A DNA stretch of 36,592 bases from a virus (taxonomy: Duplodnaviria; Caudoviricetes). Below, piece by piece: positions 27,001 through 34,356 of the stretch. Both the position numbers and the translations under genes were made by a program. The stretch lies in IMG/VR virus record IMGVR_UViG_3300037780_000219, positions 1 to 36,592 of that record; one strand, given 5' to 3'. Numbering within the stretch: position 1 is the stretch's first letter; each line of letters begins with the position of its first letter. A model generated the notes under the pieces. That model did not search any database. It worked only from the letters and a program-made list of their open reading frames with translations, and was not told where the DNA came from.

Positions 27001-27777
27001 GCTTTCGATGGGTCGGCTAATGAAATACTGAGACAGCGCCTGCAGTCGCTCGAGGAGGAGCTCCAGGAGCTGAATCAGACGGCTCAGGTCGATATTGTTC
27101 AGCAGCTAATGTCGCTGAATCTTGCGTTTTCTGAATTGCCAGAAGATCTCGCCTCAGCGTTGAGCGGAGTTCTCGATCAAAGCCTAATGGCGGCGATCCA
27201 GGCAGGGCGAGAGGTTGCTACGTCTGGCGGAGTTGGTGGCGAGCGTACAGATACGAGCCGGCCTGTTAACGACTTCGAGCTTTCAGGTTTCTTAACTGGG
27301 GTCCTTGATTCTGGCGCCTCTGAGCGAGATCAGGTTAGCGCGATTGTAACGTCGGCAGTTGCGAATAATGTTAGCTCCGAGCAATTGGCTCGGGCTTACA
27401 ACAGCTATATCGATCCAGGGGCCGGGGTCACTGCGGCGGACGTGAATGAGATAGCGGCTCGATTCGGGTTCGAAACTTTTGCTGATGGCGGAATAACAGA
27501 CCGTCCGGCCATTTTTGGTGAGGCAGGGCTCGAGGCTGCGGTTCCTCTTAAAAACGGCTCTATTCCGGTCGAGCTCCGCGGCGCCGGTGATCGTCAGTTA
27601 ATGCAGAGGCTTGGAGAGATTTCCGCAACATGGCGCGGACTTGAGGGCCGGCTCGAAAATATTGAGCACGCAATCCGCCATTCGTCTGAGGTTATTTCCG
27701 GGGCGGTATATGGCAATGCCGATAGCGTTGTAAATGCCATTGAAACCGAAAGCGCGATCAAATCTCGAGCGGCCTAA
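24049..27777 (+). CDS. Tape measure protein
   Basis: 1242 aa Ala/Gly-rich helical protein; C-terminal FADGG...FGEAGLEAAVPL. Confidence 0.95.
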   Translation: MADRKIQTTLVIRGDSRNAVRELNVTEKELEKLIGRQKQGVGVAKQLAAGYGNIIGKLDLYAKIGGTIAVAATGAIVKSQLELIDSIGKTADAIGIQTEALIGYRHAANITGVSNQKLDDSLKKMIKNVGDASNGFGQAKTVLEGLGLANEEFFNLQPAEQFEFLADKISGLETAQKKASAAQAIFGRAGLDLVNTLNLGSDGLAELSRQTEIAGTALSRLEVAKVEQANDAIATAKLQATGFAQQITVQVAPVIKDLADRMFNVAEETDGVGSAAEKSFDFVVKGVGVMADGIHGVRVIVKGLETAFAGVASTAVQGFGLIIEGYTELADLIPGIDIEYGDTAFGRLEESVARNFRVTREELEDLLNEEIPSTALENYIEGVQRKSTESAQAVVDSQLEVIHVSEDLEDQLDDVDDSADDVRETIKKIEREADPLADSYEEALTRIDQSFVALWRSAGDGVDSFVDSAKDTIADFLAEIAHQSTTQPLLLNLGFVGQGGGLTIPGSGGSAGAFSSTPLAGLLGLGGGVPGLANLVSNSSLHAGNALYNLGLDGLGDIAIERSFQATNWSTTDLLKDAGLNAVGGVAGSFVGSELGGALFGKTAESNIGSTVLGAAGSLFGPWGTFIGSAIGSAIDAATGGDGKKDVKAGFLVNPAANTANNFRVDPFASGYAPIGFAERVSTDVANQVIDQFRVADSIFTQLSRSAGLSFNFSGANFNGLDARANPGSSGLFFGLAGENGLGDQDLASQVANFLLQEINAVADQLDPSVLEAVNSAAKDADSILRAYAKALEDVAKETEGAEDAEGDLQGARAEQIDQVRKLASQLASQMQDLDSLGALSISGSYSSELQRISDLRDLYIQEAEEQERLERELHDQRVENYRESIDLARDLGRFTEDLLTGDLSPLKGPEKLGEAKDQFYSLASRAAAGDFEAGSELTGAANTYLRLARDYYASSPEYTAIFEAVQSRLGSVQGVLGSVSDPGAFDGSANEILRQRLQSLEEELQELNQTAQVDIVQQLMSLNLAFSELPEDLASALSGVLDQSLMAAIQAGREVATSGGVGGERTDTSRPVNDFELSGFLTGVLDSGASERDQVSAIVTSAVANNVSSEQLARAYNSYIDPGAGVTAADVNEIAARFGFETFADGGITDRPAIFGEAGLEAAVPLKNGSIPVELRGAGDRQLMQRLGEISATWRGLEGRLENIEHAIRHSSEVISGAVYGNADSVVNAIETESAIKSRAA

Positions 27778-27779
27778 TT

Positions 27780-27873
27780 GATAGCAAATCGAGGTCTCCA
27801 GGATCCTCGATCGATGCTTATCTGATAGCTAATTGTTTAAGGCCTTAACCAGGTGCAAAGGTAAATAGATAGC
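27780..27873 (+). repeat. Triple-box 44-bp-period element, copy 5
   Basis: GATAGC 27780, 27824, 27868; spacer 1 TCCAGGATCCTCGA, spacer 2 ACCAGGTG. Confidence 0.9.
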
Positions 27874-27874
27874 A

Positions 27875-29311
27875 ATGTCTAAGACGCAAGCGGAAAAAGA
27901 GGCGTTTTTAAGGTCTACGGATCGGAAAGTGATTCTAATCGAGCTCCAATATCACGACGGGACCTCAAGTCAGACGGAATATTTTGCAAATGCAACATTC
28001 TGGAGCCGGCCGGGAGATGCGATCTCAAATCAAACTTATGATGATGCGATCATCCAGTTGCCGAGGATCACGGAGAGAATCGACGACGACGCAAGTTTCG
28101 GCTCGCTTACGATCTTTAATCACTCCGATTACTCTGACTGGCTGAGCTATTCCTTTGACGGTTGGCCGATTAAGATTTTGATCGGCTCGGCTGATTGGAG
28201 CCGCGACGACTTTTTCGAAATCTTTAACGGTATTACCGGGGGGATCGGAGCTCCCAGTTCCGACCGATTAGCGATTCGATTTTTTGATAAGCGGGAAAAG
28301 CTTCGGGTCGATTTTCAGAGAGATAATTTTTACGACGACGGCACTCCCTATCCGGTCTGCATTGGCCCGGTATTCAATGGGACTGCAAGAATGATCGACA
28401 AAGCGACCTATAAGTTCCGGTATCACGAAAACGGCAATCTTACTGTGGCTAATGTTCGGGATCATGGCGTCGATCTGGGGTCAGCATTTACCGATAACGG
28501 CGACGGGACCTTTACGCTCAGCTCTGCCCCGGTAGATTCGAACGGAGCAAATATAACTTTTGATGTCACGACAGGCGAGACAGACGGCACGATCGACAAA
28601 ATTCTCGAGTTCCTGGTTCTGAGGAGCGACTTAACGGCTAGTGACATAGACTCGGTCAGCCTTTCTGCCTTCTCGAGCTCCGCGATCCTGGCTCGATATG
28701 TGGATCAAAGGACGTCGATTCAAAGCCTGATCCGTGAGGCTGAAAGGTCAGTTAATGCAAGGGCGCGATTTAATCTCGAGGGAAAGCTCGAGCTAGTAAA
28801 AAGATTTGAAATCCCGTCGTCTCAGGTTCTCGATTTTGACGAGGACGACATGATTAATCGGGGGCTCAGGCTGAGGAGATCGATCAAGCCTCTCCCCCTG
28901 GTGAGGTTTTCATATGCCCGAAACGAAACCGTTCAGAATCCTGGCGACTTAGCCGGCGCCGTCTCCGATAGCGATCGGGAAATCTATACCTCGCCGTATC
29001 AGGTTGTATCGACGAGTAACGCCGGCGTCTCTACTGTGTTCCCTGAGACGGAGCCCGAGCTCCTTGTAGAGACATGGCATACTCAAGAGGCTGAGGCTCA
29101 GTCTGAGTGCGATCATCTCGCGGCGTTCTATTCTGAAAAGCGTTCAGAGTTTGTAGGCGAATTTATTGCCTCGCCTTTTTTGTTATCGGTCGGAGATGGC
29201 GCGAGCCTGGAGATCGATAAGCTCGGGTTTGGGGCAGGCAAGGATATTGTAATCACTGGAAAGCGGCTTCGATTGGATAGCCGTAGGACGGAGCTCGAGT
29301 TTATCGTATGA
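27875..29311 (+). CDS. Tail tip/hub-like structural protein
   Basis: 478 aa after the tape measure gene; beta-rich; synteny. Confidence 0.65.
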   Translation: MSKTQAEKEAFLRSTDRKVILIELQYHDGTSSQTEYFANATFWSRPGDAISNQTYDDAIIQLPRITERIDDDASFGSLTIFNHSDYSDWLSYSFDGWPIKILIGSADWSRDDFFEIFNGITGGIGAPSSDRLAIRFFDKREKLRVDFQRDNFYDDGTPYPVCIGPVFNGTARMIDKATYKFRYHENGNLTVANVRDHGVDLGSAFTDNGDGTFTLSSAPVDSNGANITFDVTTGETDGTIDKILEFLVLRSDLTASDIDSVSLSAFSSSAILARYVDQRTSIQSLIREAERSVNARARFNLEGKLELVKRFEIPSSQVLDFDEDDMINRGLRLRRSIKPLPLVRFSYARNETVQNPGDLAGAVSDSDREIYTSPYQVVSTSNAGVSTVFPETEPELLVETWHTQEAEAQSECDHLAAFYSEKRSEFVGEFIASPFLLSVGDGASLEIDKLGFGAGKDIVITGKRLRLDSRRTELEFIV

Positions 29312-30159
29312 GTACGAATCTGCGAATTATTGCAATTAACGACTTTGATTCAGCCTCTATATCTGTCTCTCCTGCAGTGGTAACGAGCGGCAAATTTGCC
29401 GCGGACAATGTCCAGGACGAGCGGCGCTCCAGGGCTCTCAGGTCTACCAGTACGGCCGATCAAGTTATTACAGGATCCTGGAGCGAGGACGTTCTGATAT
29501 CGGGCGTGATTATTGGGCAGCACAATTGCTCGTCGGGTGCGACTGGCAGGGTCCAGCTTTACTCAGACGAGGCGGCGACAGTCGAAGTCCTGGACACTCG
29601 GGTCGACGGAGCAGATTTCGATATGCTTTATAAAAAGAGCCTCGGGTCTCTTGATTTTGGTATCACTCCGCTAGGGGATCAGATATCAGATTACGACTTT
29701 AATAATACTCCGGTCTGGGTTACTCCGACAAAATGCCGAGCGGTAAAAATCACAATATCAGATTCGGATAACGAGGACGGATATATCCAGGTCGGCCGAA
29801 TAATTGCCGGCCGATATATCACTCCGCAAGTAAATATGGATCTCGGATATTTATTGACTCCGGTCGATGAGAGCACGCAATCGAGGACGGCTGGGTCGAC
29901 TTTGCACTCTGAGCTCGGGGCTCGATATCAGAGGATCCGATTCAAACTTTCATGGTTAGCCGAGGGGGATCGAGAAAGATTTACTCGAGAGATGCGTCGC
30001 GTCGGGAAGGTGTCTCAGGTCTATCTATCGCTATTCCCGACCCTGTCCTCGGCAGAGGAGATCGATCATCAAATGATCGCAAAGCTTGTTAGCGATCCAG
30101 GATACGTCGGCGGGAATCAAACTTTTACTGATACGACTTACACTTTTTCGGAGGCCTGA
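29308..30159 (+). CDS. Distal-tail-like structural protein
   Basis: 283 aa; YIQVGRIIAG...P..NM..GY...SRT.G pattern; synteny. Confidence 0.6.
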   Translation: MSTNLRIIAINDFDSASISVSPAVVTSGKFAADNVQDERRSRALRSTSTADQVITGSWSEDVLISGVIIGQHNCSSGATGRVQLYSDEAATVEVLDTRVDGADFDMLYKKSLGSLDFGITPLGDQISDYDFNNTPVWVTPTKCRAVKITISDSDNEDGYIQVGRIIAGRYITPQVNMDLGYLLTPVDESTQSRTAGSTLHSELGARYQRIRFKLSWLAEGDRERFTREMRRVGKVSQVYLSLFPTLSSAEEIDHQMIAKLVSDPGYVGGNQTFTDTTYTFSEA

Positions 30160-30161
30160 TC

Positions 30162-30857
30162 GTGGCTCAAAATGCGCTAAATGATATTTCTTTCAATGAG
30201 AACGATACCGACTACGTCCAGAAATTGTCGGACCTTGCTGAATATGTCCAGACTCACGCGACGGAAATTGCTCTCGCGGTTAGTGGGCTATCTCCGCAAG
30301 GTGGGCACGATGCGAGCGGCGGATCTTATCCTGGATCTCCGAGTGCTAATCAGTCCTGGATCATAACTGTCGCCGGTACTCTGGGAGGGGACCCGCTTTC
30401 TCCTGGTGATGTTATTATCTATACAGGCTCCGGATGGGTGCACAGAAAGGTAATCCCGGCAAATCTCGAGCAAGATACAAGTCCGCAATTAGGAGGCGTG
30501 CTAGATCCAAACGGCCACGCCTACAATGATCAGTATAATTCTCTGAGCTCGTCGGGTGGGACAACTACAATCGATTGCGCGACGGGAAACGCTTTCTCGA
30601 CGACTCTCACAGAAAATACAACTCTTGCTTTTTCTAATGTCCCGGCTTCCGGGAAAGCATATTTCGGGGTAATTGAGATTATCCAGGACGCAAGCGCCTC
30701 CGGTTTTACTTTTTCCTTTCCCGCGGGTGCTGATTGGGCGGCGGCTACGGCTGTTACTCTTACCTCGACTGCTAGCGCGAAAGACGTCCTCGGATTTTTT
30801 ACGCGAGATGGCGGGACTACTTGGAATTTCTTTACGTTAGGGCAGGGCCTGGGTTAA
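30162..30857 (+). CDS. Tail fibre/adaptor protein
   Basis: DTSPQLGGVLD motif; TIDCATGN...IIQDASASG...W...DVLGFFT C-terminal domain. Confidence 0.7.
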   Translation: MAQNALNDISFNENDTDYVQKLSDLAEYVQTHATEIALAVSGLSPQGGHDASGGSYPGSPSANQSWIITVAGTLGGDPLSPGDVIIYTGSGWVHRKVIPANLEQDTSPQLGGVLDPNGHAYNDQYNSLSSSGGTTTIDCATGNAFSTTLTENTTLAFSNVPASGKAYFGVIEIIQDASASGFTFSFPAGADWAAATAVTLTSTASAKDVLGFFTRDGGTTWNFFTLGQGLG

Positions 30858-32761
30858 TGAGTGGTGCAAACAAACAGCTCTTGTCGGCTGCAGGTGGCGG
30901 AGATCCTTTATACGTCGAGGACGTTTTCTCTCAATTCCTTTACGATGGAAACGGCAGCACGCAATCGGTTAACAATGGCCTAGATATTAGCGGTGAAGAT
31001 GGCTTGGTCTGGATAAAAAACAGGGATCAGGCGACCTCTCATGTTCTGATTGATTCTATTCGAGGGGCTGGCGAGTTTCTCGCTTCTCATGCTGCCTCAG
31101 CCGAGACGACCGACGCGGACACGATAACGGCTTTTTCTGATTCTGGCTTTGATCTGGGGGCAGATGCAAAGGTAAATCAAAATAACGAAAAGTATGCGTC
31201 CTGGGCATTCCGCAAGCAGACAAAGTTTTTCGACATTGTTACTTATACGGGAAGCGGCGGGGTAGACCCGGTGCCTCATAATTTGGGCTGCGTTCCGGGC
31301 TGCATCATAGTTAAGCGGCTTGATTCTAGCGAAAATTGGGCTGTTTATCATCGCTCGGCAAGCGGTGATCTCAGTCTGAATTCGAACGCGGCGGCCGGCG
31401 GGTTCCTGGGTTTTCAATCGGTCGATGCTAGTGAGTTTCTTTGTTATAACAACTCTAAAACCGATGCTTCTGGCGGGTCTTATGTTGCGTATCTTTTTGC
31501 GCATAATGAGTCAGATTTCGGATCATATTCTGATGAGAGCATTATTTATTGTGGCAGCTTTTCGACCGACGGCTCTGGATATGCTGCGGTTTCTCTCGGT
31601 TGGGAGCCGCAATTTTTGTTGGCAAAAACTGACGACGTCTCGGGACACTGGTCAATAAGAGATGTAAATAGAGGGTTTGATCTGGACGGGGCGCTTATCC
31701 CTATATATGCGAGCCTGAGCGCGGCTGAGAGTAATTCCGCGGGCAGCTATGGGCACGTTACTGCCGATGGTTTTGAGGTAAACACATTGGGCGCGAATGC
31801 GGATTATATTTTTATTGCTATTCGTAGGCCAATGAAACCGCCGGAATCTGCCTCCGAGGTTTACTACGCGCAAAGCGGGGGAGTAGGGAATCCAGGGGAG
31901 CTCAATTCGCCATTTAATCCGGACTTTGTATTGTATAAATACAGCATAACAAGTGCCTCCGGGCATTGGGCGAGCTATCGACTCCTCGGCTCAAACTATA
32001 GACTTGACCCGACTGGTCCTGGCCAGCGCTCCAGCTATTCGACCTCTTTAGAGTGGAATGATAGACAGAACGGTGTCTACGGCACTTTTTTTCAGAGCGC
32101 GTATGATCCATTGCTCGGAATAGCTTTAAGGAGGGCTCCCGAATTTTTTGACGTGGTGGCTTATGATGGGACAGGTTCGGCTCGGACAATTCCTCATAAC
32201 CTGGCAGCAGTGCCGGAGCTGATGATTTGCAAATGCTGGACGGGCGGGACTGGTTATTGGTCAATCTATCATGCTGGCAATACCGCCGAGCCAGAAACAG
32301 AGTATCTAGAATTTGACTCAGGAGCTACGAGCGATCATGTTTCGCACTGGAACGACACGCCTCCAACGTCAACAGTTTTTACCGTAGGCACTCATACGAG
32401 CGTAAATGATGCCTCTCGACGATATCTAGCCTTACTTTTTGCTAGCGTTCCTGGGGTTTCAAAGGTTGGAAGTTATACGGGGACTGGGGCCGATCTAACT
32501 ATCGACTGCGGCTTTACCTCGGGGGCGGCTTTAGTGCTTATCAAGCGAGTGGACTCTACAGGGGATTGGTATCTTTGGACTGCGGCTCGGGGAATTGCTG
32601 CAGGCAACGACAGTTATTTTTTGATGAACACTACCGCCGCGGAAGTGTCCACAAATGATTATATCGATCCTGATTCATCTGGTTTTATTGTCACGTCCTC
32701 GGCTCCGGCGGCGCTTAATACCTTGGGCGGAGAATACGTTTTTTTGTCAATAGCGGCTTAA
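30857..32761 (+). CDS. Tail fibre/receptor-binding protein with repeated beta-rich domains
   Basis: Start MSGANK at a TAATG overlap; internal repeats FFDIVTYTGSG...HNLGCVP / FFDVVAYDGTG...HNLAAVP. Confidence 0.75.
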   Translation: MSGANKQLLSAAGGGDPLYVEDVFSQFLYDGNGSTQSVNNGLDISGEDGLVWIKNRDQATSHVLIDSIRGAGEFLASHAASAETTDADTITAFSDSGFDLGADAKVNQNNEKYASWAFRKQTKFFDIVTYTGSGGVDPVPHNLGCVPGCIIVKRLDSSENWAVYHRSASGDLSLNSNAAAGGFLGFQSVDASEFLCYNNSKTDASGGSYVAYLFAHNESDFGSYSDESIIYCGSFSTDGSGYAAVSLGWEPQFLLAKTDDVSGHWSIRDVNRGFDLDGALIPIYASLSAAESNSAGSYGHVTADGFEVNTLGANADYIFIAIRRPMKPPESASEVYYAQSGGVGNPGELNSPFNPDFVLYKYSITSASGHWASYRLLGSNYRLDPTGPGQRSSYSTSLEWNDRQNGVYGTFFQSAYDPLLGIALRRAPEFFDVVAYDGTGSARTIPHNLAAVPELMICKCWTGGTGYWSIYHAGNTAEPETEYLEFDSGATSDHVSHWNDTPPTSTVFTVGTHTSVNDASRRYLALLFASVPGVSKVGSYTGTGADLTIDCGFTSGAALVLIKRVDSTGDWYLWTAARGIAAGNDSYFLMNTTAAEVSTNDYIDPDSSGFIVTSSAPAALNTLGGEYVFLSIAA

Positions 32762-32766
32762 TTGTT

Positions 32767-33399
32767 ATGAGTAATTTTCGAGATAGAGATACAGGCGAGA
32801 TAAAAACTCGCCTTCAATGTGCGCAGCAATTTAACGGAGCATTGCCTCGGGTATGGAAGGCGGCAACATTCGACGCCTTGAACGTCGATCCGGTTCTGCC
32901 GGTTCCCAAGCCTCAGCCCTCTGCCCCAAATAAAACCGTGGTCGACGCCGGCGCGGAGAAAAATAACCTCGGGCAATGGGTGACAAAATGGGAGGAGGTC
33001 GATCGCTTCCAGGGGCAGCAAGACGAGCTCGAATATATCTCGCTGCAGAAAGATATATTCCGGAGTGCGATTCGCTCCCTCGCCTCTGAAAAGCGCGACG
33101 GCGGCATTGTGTTCGATGGCCTGGAGATCTCGACGACAGCGTCCGCTAGATCTCTGCTTATTGGGGGGCGGCAGAATCCGAAATCGACTCGAAAGATCGT
33201 TACAAAGGGCGGGAGGATGGAGATCTCGCAAGCGGCATTCGAGGCCGTTAACGTGGCCGTCTCCGAGTATATTCAGGACGTGATCGATCGCGAATATGAT
33301 CTCCTCGAGGCGGTGGACGCTCTGCAGGATCTCGAGGCGGTTGCGGCCTTCGATTACCTGGGCGGATGGCCTTCCAGGATTATTAATAGCCAGCCCTGA
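32767..33399 (+). CDS. Tail fibre assembly-like protein (DUF4376-like C-terminus)
   Basis: Follows the fibre gene; KRDGGIVFDG...ST...RSLL...VQ/IQ...RE..L...W. Confidence 0.65.
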   Translation: MSNFRDRDTGEIKTRLQCAQQFNGALPRVWKAATFDALNVDPVLPVPKPQPSAPNKTVVDAGAEKNNLGQWVTKWEEVDRFQGQQDELEYISLQKDIFRSAIRSLASEKRDGGIVFDGLEISTTASARSLLIGGRQNPKSTRKIVTKGGRMEISQAAFEAVNVAVSEYIQDVIDREYDLLEAVDALQDLEAVAAFDYLGGWPSRIINSQP

Positions 33400-33402
33400 T
33401 CT

Positions 33403-33496
33403 GATAGCAATCTGCAGCGGTGGCCAGATCCAGGAAGTGTTGATTTGCAATCATACTGATCCGGATCCGCACCAGGTGCCGGAATCGATTGCTATC
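33403..33496 (+). repeat. Triple-box 44-bp-period element, copy 6
   Basis: GATAGC 33403, GCAATC 33447, GCTATC 33491; perfect 11-bp terminal inverted repeat TGATAGCAATC/GATTGCTATCA. Confidence 0.9.
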
Positions 33497-33761
33497 AAAT
33501 CCCCGCTAGAATTGTAGGAGATTTCCGGGTATCTTACAGTCCCGATTTAAAGGGGATAATAAAAATGAAACGGCAGGCAGTAAAAGGCGATTTTGTATTC
33601 GTGAGCCTTTTCCGTAGTAAGATCGTAGCAATCCAGGCGGACGGCAGGATTCTTGATAGGGATCGCTCGGGGCAGGGCAAATGCTCGAGCAAAGTGTCGT
33701 CCGACTACACTCTATCCCCTATGAAGCCCCGTTTTATGGGCGTCATGAGCCTCAGTCGAAA

Positions 33762-33820
33762 GACTTAAAATCCCTCGGTGGAAACACCGTGCCGGTTCGA
33801 TTCCGGCTCCGGGCACCATT
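33762..33820 (+). other. attR: 3' portion of tRNA-Leu(TAA)
   Basis: GACTTAAAATCCCT anticodon arm remnant, long variable arm CGGTGGAAACACCG, T arm GCCGGTTCGATTCCGGC, ends CACCA; 5' half absent. Confidence 0.88.
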
Positions 33821-33936
33821 CCAATCCCAGCATTTCGAAGTCAACTAACTCCCGGTGGGCACCAGCCCGGATGGGTGAGGCGAGCGTTTTACGCAAAGCA
33901 TCGCTTTGCGCGAGCCGAACGACGCCAATCTGTGAT

Positions 33937-34022
33937 TGGCGGCTGGGGGAATTGGTAGACGCATGGGCTTACAATCCCTCGGTGGAAACACCGTGCCGGT
34001 TCGATTCCGGCTCCGGGCACCA
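33937..34022 (+). pseudogene. Decayed tRNA-Leu copy
   Basis: 52-bp identity with 33769-33820; D-loop AATTGGTAGAC present, but the acceptor 5' strand does not pair and the anticodon arm is mutated (CTTACAA). Confidence 0.75.
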
Positions 34023-34276
34023 TTTCATACCATACCTCAGGCATCCAAATTCTCAAGCCACTGAGAGAGTGGTAACCACAAGCCTATAAGGCCGCACTCT
34101 TGGTCAAATCTGCATGCTCAGTATCTCAGCTAGTTTGCAATGCGGTACCCGGAAATTCAGTGAATTAGAGATTTAGGCTCGCTTGAAATCGAGCAAGTTC
34201 AAAATTCTAAACGAGCACGAGTCGTAATTTTGGTCAAAAACTAATCAGATAAAAAATAATACTTCCTGTATTAGAT

Positions 34277-34343
34277 AGATAACCGTTAAACTGACGGGCA
34301 GCCAATAAACCAAATGAGCTCGCTCTATATATAATTGTTATGT
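34277..34343 (+). other. Degenerate attC-like (or attI-like) site supplying the cassette 1 crossover GTTATGT
   Basis: ATAAC...CTGACGGGC...GTTATGT; GTTATGTCTC is the exact complement of GAGACATAAC at the cassette end. Confidence 0.55.
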
Positions 34344-34356
34344 CTCTAGGGTAGGT

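Larger units (their letters stand above)
1..33820. mobile_element. Lambdoid prophage integrated at tRNA-Leu(TAA); left end (attL) lies upstream of the window
   Basis: Integrase, immunity, replication, lysis, packaging, head and tail modules in lambdoid order, ending in a 3' tRNA-Leu fragment; composition shifts to AT-rich afterwards. Confidence 0.95.

Noticed and set aside
30857-33399. Diversity-generating retroelement or invertible tail fibre system
   Set aside because: No reverse transcriptase or invertase, no TR/VR nucleotide repeat seen; the internal repeats are protein-level only
32758-33450. 230-aa antisense ORF
   Set aside because: Shadow of the tail fibre assembly gene
33937-34022. 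Functional tRNA-Val(TAC)
   Set aside because: Body is tRNA-Leu type with a long variable arm; acceptor and anticodon stems are broken
33565-34089. ORFs 33565..33768 and 33778..34089
   Set aside because: They run through the att arm region and tRNA remnants; no recognisable protein features
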